Shown piece after piece: positions 11,965-22,799 of a DNA stretch of 33,820 bases (positions are counted from its first letter, which is position 1; each line of letters begins with the position of its first letter). Made by a program: the position numbers and the translations under genes. The DNA is from Octopus sinensis. Taxonomy: Eukaryota. Location of the stretch: positions 1 through 33,820 of the forward strand of contig NW_021831911.1 of assembly GCF_006345805.1 (NCBI RefSeq), read 5' to 3'. The notes under the pieces are model-generated. The model saw only the letters and a list, made by a program, of their open reading frames with translations, had not been told where the DNA came from and searched no databases.

Positions 11965-12245
11965 GATTTAGCATGCAAGATTATTTATGTGAGTTCGTGT
12001 GTTGAAGCATATTTTGTTGTGTCTGGGGAGAGTCATTTTCTTTTTGTGCCTTATAATGTAACACACTCACCGTTAAAATTTCCACTTATTTCTTTCTTAT
12101 TTTTATTTCCCTAAAACTTTCGTTGCGTCTTGCAACCTTTTCAATAGTCTTGACTGAACATATTAGATGATCTAAATCTACATGTTTTAAAAAAAGTAGA
12201 GATTATCATAGAAACAGTGTCTTTGATCTGGGAGCTGAACACCAG
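11965..12245 (+). repeat. Repeat family E, longest copy (unclassified)
   Basis: 5' part GTTCGTGTGTTGAAGCATA...GGGGAGAGTCA...AACACACTCACCG matches 28580-28700 and the arms of 1623-1960; 3' part matches 9645-9760. Confidence 0.75.
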
Positions 12246-12248
12246 AGA

Positions 12249-12397
12249 TTATTCTTTGTAAGCCTAGTACTTATTCTATCGGTCTGTTTTGCCGAACCGC
12301 TAAGTTATGTGGACGTAAACACACTAGCGTCGGTTGTCAAGCGATATTGGAGGGACAAACACAGACACAAAAACATACACACACACACACACACACA
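12249..12397 (-). mobile_element. SINE B, partial; interrupted at its internal microsatellite by the next copy
   Basis: TTATTCTTTGTAAGCCTAGTACTT...GGGACAAACACAGACAC then (CA)n. Confidence 0.88.
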
Positions 12398-12791
12398 TAC
12401 TCTTTTACTTGTTTCAGTCATTTGACTGCGGCCATGCTGGAGCACCGCCTTTAGTGGAGCAAATCGACTCCGGGACTTATTCTTTGTAAGCCAGTACTTA
12501 TTCTATCGGTCTCATTTGCCGAACCGCTAAGTGACGGGGACGTAAACACACCAGCATCGGTTGTCAAGCAATGCTAGGGGGACAAACACAGACACATACA
12601 TACACACACATATATATATATACATATATACGACAGGCTTCTTTCAGTTTCCGTCTACCAAATCCACTCACAAGGCTTTGGTCGACCCGAGGCTATAGTA
12701 GAAGACACTTGCCCAAGGTGCCACGCAGTGTGACTGAACTGGGAACCATGTGGTTGGTAAGCAAGCTACTTACCACACAGCCATTCCTGCG

Positions 12792-12795
<4 letters not shown>
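12398..12795 (-). mobile_element. SINE B, full length
   Basis: Head, CORE-like GGCACCTTGGGCAAGTGTCTTCTACTATAGCC, internal microsatellite and tail GGCGGTGCTCCAGCATGGCCGCAGTCAAATGACTGAAACAAGTAAAAGAG all present on the minus strand. Confidence 0.95.
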
Positions 12796-12825
<30 letters not shown>

Positions 12826-13189
12826 ACACAGCCACTCCTACGCCTAGATGTGAACAAATATTATTGCAAATACTAATTTTTGAATATTTACATGAAATTT
12901 TGGTAACAAGTGTTAGTAACAATGACATATGAATAAATTTCCTTCCTGTCGTGCCGTTCTCATGTGAATCTTATATAGTTGTTGTATACGGCTCTTGCAT
13001 TAAACAGCGTTGGCCACCCCAGATGCACTTACATAGAATCACATATACATACATACATACATATATTTGTAAATCTGTGTATACGTATACATGTGCAAAT
13101 GAATATAAATTGCTTTGTCAGGGCTTTTATATGTATTTACGTATATGAGAATACATGCATTGATTCATGTATAAGTATATACATGTATG

Positions 13190-13381
13190 TTTAGTTTGTG
13201 TGTATGTATCTATGCGTATGCGCATAAACATGTATTCGTATGTATATATTTACACACACACGCATATATATATACATATATATATAATATATATACATAT
13301 ATATATATATATACATATATGCATATATAATATATATATATACAAATACATATATATATAGTATATATATACATATATATA

Positions 13382-13424
<43 letters not shown>

Positions 13425-13548
13425 TATATATATCCATATATATAGGTATATGTACATATAATATATATATATATATATATATCCATATATATGTATATAT
13501 ATATGTGCATATATATACATGTACACACATATATATACATGTACACAC

Positions 13549-13620
<72 letters not shown>

Positions 13621-13723
13621 GCATGTACTACATACGTGTAAGTATGTAAATACATGTATCCGTCTATGTATATAAATACATATGTCCCTGTATTTATGTA
13701 TGATGTGTGTGTGTGTGTGTATG

Positions 13724-13765
<42 letters not shown>
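13190..13765. repeat. (TA)n/(TACA)n/(TG)n array
   Basis: Direct reading. Confidence 0.95.
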
Positions 13766-13767
<2 letters not shown>

Positions 13768-13877
13768 CCACGCGTGATTATAAAGCCAATGCCACTGAAT
13801 TTACATTACGATGATGTGATTTATTATCGAACCAAAATTGATACATCGGCAGATGCTGCTGTGTTTAAAGAAGTGAA

Positions 13878-13882
<5 letters not shown>

Positions 13883-13932
<50 letters not shown>
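13883..13932. repeat. (GA)n microsatellite
   Basis: Direct reading. Confidence 0.97.
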
Positions 13933-13939
<7 letters not shown>

Positions 13940-14952
13940 GAGAAGGTGTGAAAGGGACAATAACAGGTATGTGAGAGCGTCCATGTCGATGGAAAAACCT
14001 ATCCGCATCTATCCAATTCTCCATTCTCTTATATGTCATCGTCATTCATTTGTCTCCTATTTCATGGTCGTTTCACCAACATCCGGTTTTATGAAAGGAC
14101 AATGCTTTCTTTTACTCGCTTTTACATTTACTATACCATTTTCCTCCTCATCAAAGCGACATCTTTGTAAACTCACATTTTAGTTACCTGTCCGTTTTCG
14201 CTATCTCTTGTGACTGCTTTCATTAAGCTTACCGATGATAGACGCAGACTTTTACGTATTTGTATTGATCACGTGTGATCCTGTTCAATAAAATGGTTAG
14301 GTGCTGACAGGAGCTCGCTTTTGTTACAGTTTTCAATAAGATTCGCATTATTTAAATATATGCCATCAAACTGTGAATAACGATCGACATCTGTTTAGAA
14401 AGTTAATTGTAGATTTGTGCACTATCGTGGGAAGGAGAATGACAGAAAGACAGAGAGAGAGAGAAGAATGGAGGAGGTATGAAAGGTAAGCGTCTCTGTG
14501 TGCATATATATGCGAGTGTATGCTCTAAATTCTGGATTTTATTGACATATATTTTTAAGTAATAAACACGTACATCTATCCACCACAATCGTATGAAAGC
14601 TGGGGATTATTTATTCACTATTTTACGTGTTTCATTTGGTAATCGGAGATACAAAAATTGTACGTGCAGGAGACGCGCGCGCGCGCGTGCATATATACGT
14701 ATACTCTTACACTTTACTCTTTTACTTGTTTCAGTCATTTCACTGTGGCCATGCTGAAGTACCGCATCTACCCCAGGACTTATTCTTTCTAAGCCTAATA
14801 CTTATTCTAGCGGTCTCTTTTGCCGAACCGCTATGTTATGGGGTCATAAACACAGCAGCATCGGTTGTCAAGCGATGTTGGGGGACAAACACAGACATGC
14901 AAATAAACACCCACTCATAGTTATATACACACACACACACACATATATATAT

Positions 14953-15202
14953 GTGAATATTGTTTAAATATTTCTGATTATATTTTAGATATTTCAATCA
15001 CCTGAAGATTGACTGTAACCATTACTCGAATTATTACGAATTGGACAGCCATGAAACGATCGTAGTGTTTTACTCATTATCTTTTATTAAACTTTTAATA
15101 ATTTTGATATATATTTAAAATAATATAAATTAATTAATTTTATGTATTGGCTTAAGTTTTTCATTGTTTGATTTGTCTAATAGTGGTTTTATCTCTAATT
15201 TA
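14953..15202 (+). mobile_element. AT-rich insert carrying a type I hammerhead motif; probable Penelope-like pLTR remnant
   Basis: Non-SINE sequence between (CA/TA)n and (TA)n, containing CTGAAGA...GAAACGATCGTA. Confidence 0.6.
14999..15067 (+). ncRNA. Minimal type I hammerhead ribozyme motif (Penelope-type), conserved core intact
   Basis: CAC-CTGAAGA-T-TGACTGT...ACAGCCA-T-GAAAC-GATC-GT-A-GTG: stem I CAC/GTG, stem II 6 of 7 pairs, palindromic stem III ACGATCGT, GUA cleavage triplet. Confidence 0.7.
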
Positions 15203-15234
<32 letters not shown>

Positions 15235-15582
15235 CGACGGGCTTCTTTCAATTTCCGCCTACCAAATCCACTCACAAGGCTTTGGTCGGCCCGACTCTAG
15301 TAGAAGACACTTGCCCAAGGTGCCACGCAGTGGGAATGAACCCAGAACCATGTGGTTGGTAAGCAAGCTACTTACCACACAGCCACTGCTGCGCCTATAT
15401 AAATTTATCTTTATATTCAGTTATAATAGAAATAAAGAAAACAATTTTACGTTATTCTGATGGATTAGTATTAACCTATATTTTGTAGATTACAAATTAA
15501 TTGTTCTTAAACAAGAATGTTGTTGACAGTAACTTCGACGATGGATTAGTTGACCGAAACTTCGAAGTCATTCTTGTTGAGA

Positions 15583-15945
15583 TGCAGACGTGGCTGTGTT
15601 GTAAACACATCGTTCCGGGTTCAATCCCACTGTGTGGCACCTTGGACAGGTGTCGTCTACTATTTCCTTGGGCCGAACAATACCCGGTGAGTGAATTTGG
15701 GAGATGGGGACTGAAAGAAGCATGTTGTATGCGTGCGCACGCGCGTGTGTGTGTGTATTCGCCTCCCCACTACCGCTTGACAACCGGTGCCAGTGTATTT
15801 ACGTTCCCGTAACTTAGCGGTTCTGCAAAAGAGACCTGGCTTATAAAAAGAAAGTACTGGGATCGATACATTCGATTATGAATTCTTCAAGGCGGTGCCC
15901 CAGCATGGCCGCAGCCTAATGACTGAAACAGTAAAAAATAAAAGA
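15583..15945 (+). mobile_element. SINE B, older diverged full-length copy
   Basis: GTGGCTGTGTTG ... GGGTTCAATCCC ... GGCACCTTGGACAGGTGTC ... GGCGGTGCCCCAGCATGGCCGCAGCCTAATGACTGAAACAGTAAAAAATAAAAG. Confidence 0.88.
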
Positions 15946-15986
15946 CTATATATAATACATATACATATGTATACACATATATATAC

Positions 15987-16030
<44 letters not shown>

Positions 16031-16265
16031 TTATATATATATATACATATACATATGTATATATATATTTATATATATACATACGTGTATATATACATAC
16101 ACATATGTATATATATAATATATACGTGTATATATACATACACATATACATACATATTTGTATACATATATATATATATATATACATACATACATACATA
16201 CATACATACATACATACATACATACATACGTACGTACGTACGTACATACATATACATATATACAC
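15946..16265. repeat. (TA)n/(TACA)n/(TACG)n array
   Basis: Direct reading. Confidence 0.95.
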
Positions 16266-16581
16266 GCGGGGTAAGGCTACCTTGTAGAAATAGGATAATT
16301 TTGTTGCAAGAAATTAAGTGTAAAGCTCCTCACAGAGATTAATCATCCGAGAAGAGAACAAAATCCGATCATTGTTCAGTGATGAAAGTGGTCAGTCACT
16401 GTGAGGAATTGTATATTCTACGCATTTCATCTAAGTGCAGGCTGATGCGGGAACTTGAGCTCCTGAGATAGCAGCTCTCCACCGAGTGTTGGGCTTAGCG
16501 TTATCTTTTCCATTGTCATTGCTTAGCATTTCCACAAACGTTGTCTTCTGACCATGATTGCATGGCAATATAATGCATGAA

Positions 16582-16795
16582 GGCGGGACGCTAGCTGAAT
16601 CCTTAGCTCAACGGATAAAATGCTTAGCGGCATATTGTCCGTCTTTACGTTCTTATTTCGAGTTTCGAAGATGTCGGGTTTTACCTTTGAGCTTTACGCG
16701 GTCGATAAAATAAGTATCGGTTCAATACTGAGATCGATGTAATCGAATTACCCCGCTTTCTCTGAACTTGCTGGCCTTGTACCAAAATTTGAAAC
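16582..16795 (+). mobile_element. SINE A, diverged, tail type 2b
   Basis: AAATGCTTAGCGG, GGTCGATAAAATAAGTA, ATCGATGTAATCGA, ends GCCTTGTACCAAAATTTGAAAC. Confidence 0.8.
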
Positions 16796-16833
16796 TGTGT
16801 AGAGAGTATATATATATATATATATATATATAC

Positions 16834-16892
16834 ATAGGTGCTCCAGCATGGCCGCAGTCAAATGACTGAAACAAGTAAAAGAGTAAAAGAGT
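16834..16892 (+). mobile_element. SINE B tail-only fragment
   Basis: GGTGCTCCAGCATGGCCGCAGTCAAATGACTGAAACAAGTAAAAGAGTAAAAGAG. Confidence 0.9.
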
Positions 16893-16929
16893 ATACGTAT
16901 GTATGTATGTATGTATGTATGTATGTATG

Positions 16930-17147
16930 TACATGTTTGTGTGTCTATGTTTGTGCCCCCAACATCGCTTGACAACCGATGCTGGTGTGTGTACGTCCCC
17001 GTCAACTAGCGGTTCGGCAAGGGAGACCGACAGAGTAAGTACTTGGCTTACAAAGAATAAGTCATGGATTCAATTTACTCGACTAAAAGGCCGTGCCCCA
17101 GCATGGCCGCAGTCAAATGACTGACACATGTAAAAGAGTAAAAGAGT
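16930..17147 (+). mobile_element. SINE B, 3' half
   Basis: CCCCAACATCGCTTGACAACCGATGCTGG...GCATGGCCGCAGTCAAATGACTG...GTAAAAGAGTAAAAGAG. Confidence 0.9.
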
Positions 17148-17149
17148 CC

Positions 17150-17345
<196 letters not shown>

Positions 17346-18003
17346 CGCATATATGTGTACAGGACACCAAAAAGACGTCGAACACATAGAGAGACGAAAC
17401 ACAGAGACACAAACCAAGGAACAAGACAAGCAAAAAAAAGGGAGAGATACAGGACAATAAGCACAACGAAAAATCCCCTTCTTCAGTCGCTAAGATTTCA
17501 TCTACTAAACGTTTCGAAGGATAAAAGCGAGACGTATACTTCGAAGAAAAATTCCTTCCCGCGAAAAGCAAATCAATTAAAATTCTGAGATCTTTTCGCA
17601 GAGGGGTAAAAAAAAGCAAGACGGTAACGACAGTACAAACATATAAACAGTAAAAAATATATATATAAACAGTGGAAAAATAAATATATAACAGTGAGAG
17701 ACAAGACAAGGAGAACAAGATAAGAAGGGCTGTTAACGCCAGACGAAAAAAGTATTGTAAACGCTGGATTATCGTGGAAGACAGAGAGGGAAAATTTGTC
17801 GACCAGAAGCCTTACAAGGCGGGCGAGAAAGGACAGGATAGCAGTTACGACGGAAGTATCGTCGCAGATGGATGACGGGAATGGGGGAGGAGGAGCAAGA
17901 GGAAGAGAGAGAAGAAGGGGAATGGTGCGAGGAGACCATGAAGAATGGTGAAAGGGAGAGAGAGAATGAAGAATGAGAGAGAGAGGAAGAGACAAGTTAA
18001 GTG

Positions 18004-18048
<45 letters not shown>

Positions 18049-18513
18049 GCTAGAGTTATATACATTCACACACACATATATATATAGAGAGAGAAGGAAA
18101 GAAAGAATCAAAGAGACATTAATAATGAATTAGCTGACAACTTTTGGAATTTTATTTTATGATATAAACGTTCAATTTTAATCGATATATTAATACAAAA
18201 GTTGAAGTATATAAATCGTCTCTCATTTGAATATCAACTGATACAAATGAAACTTTTATTGACGGCTGTGTCGCAGTTAAGAGCAATATTTCTCAATTGA
18301 AATGAAATAGTTTTATTAAATGATATATGAATTTTCATTACCGTAAGGATTTGTTATTTAAACTCTATGAAATAATTAAGCATAAATTCACCCAAATTTA
18401 AGATATATCAACAGGCACACGCACACACATGCACATATGTATGTACGTATGTACGTATGTATGTATGTATGTATGTATGTATGTATGTATGTATGTATGT
18501 GGGATATTGTGAA

Positions 18514-18838
18514 GGCGGGTGGCTTAGTGGTTAGGGGCATTCGGCTCATGATTGTTAGGTCGTGAGTTCAATTCCCGGCGGCGCGTTGTGTCCTTGAGCA
18601 AGACACTTTATTTTACGTTGCTCCAGTCCGCTCAGCTGGCAAAAATGAGTAGTACCTGTATTTCAAAGGGTCAGCCTTGTCACACTCTGTGTAACGCTGA
18701 ATCTCGCCGAGAACTACATTAAGGGTACACGTGTTTGTGGAGTGCTCAGCCACTTGCACGTTTATTTCATGAGCAAAGATGTTCCGTTGATCGTATCAGC
18801 TGGGACCCTCGTCGTCGTAACCGACAGAGCGCTCCTTT
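18514..18838 (+). mobile_element. SINE C, tRNA(Met)-like head, tail variant 1
   Basis: TGGCTTAGTGG (A box); CTCATGAT..AGGTCGTGAGTTCAATTCC resembles the elongator tRNA-Met anticodon-to-T-arm sequence CTCATAAT..AGGTCGTGAGTTCGATCC; core GTGTCCTTGAGCAAGACACTT. Confidence 0.8.
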
Positions 18839-18977
18839 TATGTGTGACATTATTCAGTTTTATTTCAAGATTTCTTGCCAGCAGTGAAAGAGCCGGTTTC
18901 TAACCTAGATCCAAGACGTTTTCAGTGGAATTACAAGATCAACAACAGGGTATTTTTGTTAAACACTGGGGGGAGCG

Positions 18978-19062
18978 TGTATGTATGTATGTATGTATGT
19001 ATGTATGTATGTATGTATGTATGTATGTATGTATGTATGTATGTATGATGTATGTATGTATT
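18978..19062. repeat. (TATG)n microsatellite
   Basis: Direct reading. Confidence 0.97.
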
Positions 19063-19247
19063 CATGTAAAATAGACACGTGAGGTGACGTGGAATCGTGG
19101 TTAGAGTGTTTCATTCACATGTGTCAACCAATGTCTTGTGATTTAACGGACAAAATCACAGCGAAAGGTCGTTGTATGCTTGTGTTTGTGTGTGTGTAGT
19201 AATATAAACTGAAGCTTCATGTTGCGTCAATATACAAGTGAAATAGA

Positions 19248-19652
19248 GTGGTGAGCTGGCAGAATCGTTAGCACGCCGGGCGAAATGCTTAGCGGTATTT
19301 CGTCTGCCGCTACGTTCTGAGTTCAAATTCCGCCGAGGTCGACTTTGCCTTTCATCCTTTCGGGGTCGATTAAATAAGTACCAGTTACGCACTGGGTCGA
19401 TATAATCAAGTTAATCCGTTTGTTTGTCCTTGTTGTCCTCTCTGTGTTTAGCCCATTGTAGGTAGTAAAGAAATAGGTATTTCGTCTGCCGTTACGTTCT
19501 GAGTTCAAATTCCGCCGAGGTCGACTTTGCCTTTCATCTTTTCGGGGACGATTAAATAAGTACCAGTTTCGCACTGGAGTCGATGTACTCGACTTAATCC
19601 TTTTGTCTGTCCACGTTTAGCCCCACGCCCCGTGGGCAATAAAGAAAGAAAT
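19248..19652 (+). mobile_element. SINE A head-to-tail dimer
   Basis: Full unit, junction AAATAGGTATTTCGTCTG at 19471-19488, then a second body plus tail. Confidence 0.93.
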
Positions 19653-19664
19653 ATACATGTTCAA

Positions 19665-19747
19665 TACTAATCTGTTCGACTACATCTCTATAGATATAGA
19701 GTATTGCTCCAGTATGACCGCATTCAGATGACTGAAATTAGTAAAGC
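19665..19747 (+). mobile_element. SINE B / CR1-type tail fragment
   Basis: TGTTCGACTA...TGCTCCAGTATGACCGCATTCAGATGACTGAAATTAGTAAA. Confidence 0.6.
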
Positions 19748-20117
19748 AGGGCACAGAATACCATATGTTGAAGGTCGATAAACAAAACTAGATAAAAATG
19801 ATTAGGCGGGTATGAAGGAGTTTGCGGTGCGAGAGCTGTGAAGAAAGAATAGACGAAGTTAGTCTGAAACAAAATGACAGTTGTCAAATTTTGACGTTAA
19901 AGCGAAAATAAATCCCAGATGTCTTCTCGATGCAATGTAGTGGGTTACGCGGTGATGTAGAGTAGTTAAAAAGAATTGGGGGTGTCTTTGGAAGGCAGTT
20001 GTATAAAGAACGAACGAAAGGTAATTTATTTGTTTCTTCTCATATAACCTTAATGTTCCTTCCAGTACGTAGGTTAACATATGGAAATGTCGGAGTGTGT
20101 TACTAGCGCCACCTTAC

Positions 20118-20313
20118 GAGTCGAAACGATTATACACCCATTGATCACAGCAGATATTTCTGTCTCTTGTTGTTCACCGACAAGTCGAAGGAATTTTTCC
20201 AGACATTTTCCTCGGATGTCAGCGTTTAACGAAGTTAAAACTTCACTAGCTTTCCCGTTTGTTTGGGTGATGGGGTCGTCTTTGGCATCTTCTACCATTT
20301 GCGTTGCATTCAT
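20118..20313 (-). CDS. Possible coding exon: MNATQMVEDAKDDPITQTNGKASEVLTSLNADIRGKCLEKFLRLVGEQQETEISAVINGCIIVST
   Basis: Non-repetitive, protein-like charged composition, possible donor C|GTAAGG at 20117; no acceptor and an in-frame stop just upstream of the ATG. Confidence 0.25.
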
Positions 20314-20560
20314 TCGTCACTACCATATTCTTCATCTCATTGAAGTTATTGTTGCTGTTGTTGTTGTTCCTGTTTTTTTTGTTTGTTTTTTTTTATGTGG
20401 TGTCTTCGTGTTACTTTACATGTTATCGCAGTTGTTCCTTTGTATATACTCTGATGTATAGTCTTACTTTATGCAGTTGTCTACGTTTTCAGTTTGCATT
20501 TGTTCTTTATGAACATATTGTTGCAGCTGTCATATGCTGCATTATTTTGTAACCCTTCGA

Positions 20561-21149
20561 GGTGGCGAGCTGGCAGAAACATTAGCACGCCGAGCGAAAT
20601 GCTTAGCGGTATTTCTTCTGCCGTTACGTTCTGAGTTCAAATTCCGCCGAGGTCGACTTTGCCTTTTATCCTTTCGAGTTCGATAAATTAAGTACTTGTT
20701 ACGCACTGGGGTCGATCTAATCGACTTAATCCGTTTGTCTGTCCCCTGTTTGTCCCCTCTGTATTTAGACCCTTGTGGGTAGTAAAGAAATAGGTATTTC
20801 GTCTGCCGCTAGGTTCCCTAGTTCAAATTTCGTCGAGGTCGACTTTGCCTTTCATTCATTTGGGTGTCGATTAAATAAGTACCAGTTACGCACTAGGGTC
20901 GATATAATCGTCTTAATCTGTTTGCCTGTCCTTATTTGTCCCCTCTGTGTTTAGCCCCTTGTGGGTAGTAAAGAAATAGGTATTTCTTCTGCCACTGCGT
21001 TCTGAGTTCAAACTCCGCCGAGGTCGACTTTGCCTTTCAACCTTTCGGGGTCAATTGAATAAGTACCGGTTACCCAATGGGGTCGATGCAATCGACTAGA
21101 TCCCTACCCACAAATTTCAGGCCTTGTGCTTCCAGTAGAAAGAATTATT
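20561..21149 (+). mobile_element. SINE A trimer (two tail-1 units, final unit with tail 2a)
   Basis: GGTAT at 20608, 20793 and 20979 (period 185/186 bp); ends CAAATTTCAGGCCTTGTGCTTCCAGTAGAAAGAATTATT. Confidence 0.93.
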
Positions 21150-21162
21150 TTGTAACCCTTCG

Positions 21163-21370
21163 AGGTGTCGAGCTGACAGAATCGTTAACACGTCGGACAA
21201 AATGCTTAGCGTTATTTCGTCCGTCTTTACGTTTTGGGTTTAAATACTGCCGGGGTTGACTTTGCCTTTCATCCTCTCAGGCTCAATAAAATAAAGTACA
21301 AGTCGAGAAATAGTATCGATGTAATCAACTTTACCACCCTTCATATTTCCTACCAAAATAAGAAAGGATA
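21163..21370 (+). mobile_element. SINE A, older copy
   Basis: GGTGTCGAGCTGACAGAATCGTTAACAC...TTGCCTTTCATCC...ATCGATGTAATC. Confidence 0.85.
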
Positions 21371-21424
21371 ACATTGTGACCCTTATTGTTGTTATTCTAT
21401 GTCTAATATTTACAGATTTACAGA

Positions 21425-21635
21425 AACCTGGCAGAATCGTTAGCACGTAGGGGGTAAAGTGACCCACAGCATTTCGTCCGTCTTTAAGTTCTACAATTAA
21501 AATTCCACTGTTTGTCTTTGTCCTTCATCCTTTCGGGGTCTATAAAATAAGTACCAGCGTAGCTTTCGGGGTCGATGTAATCGACCTATCCCTCCCCACA
21601 AATTACTGACCTTGTGCCAAAACTTCAAAGCAATA
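21425..21635 (+). mobile_element. SINE A, older copy, tail type 2b
   Basis: CTGGCAGAATCGTTAGCAC...CATCCTTTCGGGGTC...GTCGATGTAATCGAC...CCTTGTGCCAAAACTTCAAAGC. Confidence 0.85.
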
Positions 21636-22439
21636 TTTATAAAGATTTCTTAATGTTATTATTGAGTCTGACCTCATTTACACGTTATTTTATCGTTTGA
21701 ATGTATTGCTTTTACATCCCCTTATCGTGGTTAGATCCTAATCGTCATAATGTTATACTAACTTATTTCACTACCACATTGTTGTGGCTATAATTGTAGT
21801 AAAGAATATTCGTTATATGTTATCATTTGTAAGAATAACAACACAATTAGCAAAACACCTGTCAACTACCTAAAAAAAATATGATTCAAGAATATAACAA
21901 CAGCAATTATCTTTATTTCTAAACAGTATCGCTAAACCGAATCGTGTAACATATTTCATTTGTTTACGGAAACAAAATATTTTACAATATGTCTATATAT
22001 CTACGATAAAAGTTAAAATAATTAGTGTTATAAAAATATACAATTTTTATCAAGTTAAGCTGAGAAATGAAAACAACCTAAACTTTACAGAAACCCAATA
22101 CCGAATACATACGTATATATATATATATATATATAATATGATACAAAAAGGAAGAAAGAAATAGTCAGAGAGAAAGAGACAGAGACAGAGACAGGGAGAC
22201 AGAGAGACAGAGAGACAGACTTTTGTAATATAGAAGGCTGAACGTGAGAATTCAGTATTAAATTATAGTATTTGATAAACGCTAAAGTGTCAAAATATCT
22301 TTAACTTTGCGTTTGCACTTAAAATTTCGTGTTTAAGGTATTAATGCGTTTTCTGAGAAAATATTTACAACATTCTTCGACATAGCATTTAATATTTTAA
22401 AATACATAAATACATTAATGTATAAGCATATACATTCAT

Positions 22440-22513
22440 ACATGGAGACACACATATACACATGCATATGTATAAGCATATACATGTATGTGTATATATG
22501 TATATATACATAT

Positions 22514-22557
<44 letters not shown>

Positions 22558-22582
22558 TGCATATATAAATACACATATTCAT
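22440..22582. repeat. (TA)n/(CATA)n array
   Basis: Direct reading. Confidence 0.9.
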
Positions 22583-22584
22583 AT

Positions 22585-22728
22585 ATGCGTGGTTGTGTGG
22601 TAAGAAGCTTGCTTCTCAACCGCAAGGTTGCGGTTCAGTCCCAGTGCATGGCACCTTGGGCAAGTATCTTCTTCACTATTGCCTCCGGCTGACCAAAGCA
22701 TCGTGAGTGGATTTTGTAGACTGAAACT
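22585..22728 (+). mobile_element. SINE B, 5' half (head plus CORE)
   Basis: GTGGTTGTGTGGTAAGAAGCTTGC...GGTTCAGTCCC...GGCACCTTGGGCAAGT...GTGAGTGGATTTTGTAGA. Confidence 0.88.
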
Positions 22729-22756
22729 ATATATATACACACACACACACACACAC

Positions 22757-22799
<43 letters not shown>

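Larger units (their letters stand above)
14703..15398 (-). mobile_element. SINE B split by an approximately 250-bp insertion in its internal microsatellite
   Basis: 3' half at 14703-14915, 5' half (CORE plus head) at 15232-15398, same orientation and complementary coverage. Confidence 0.85.

Noticed and set aside
18514-18590. Functional tRNA gene (also other SINE heads)
   Set aside because: Acceptor and anticodon stems do not pair properly, and the sequence continues into a SINE core
20608-21149. 185-bp periodic repeats as a CRISPR array or satellite
   Set aside because: No repeat-spacer structure; units are SINE bodies in a eukaryotic context
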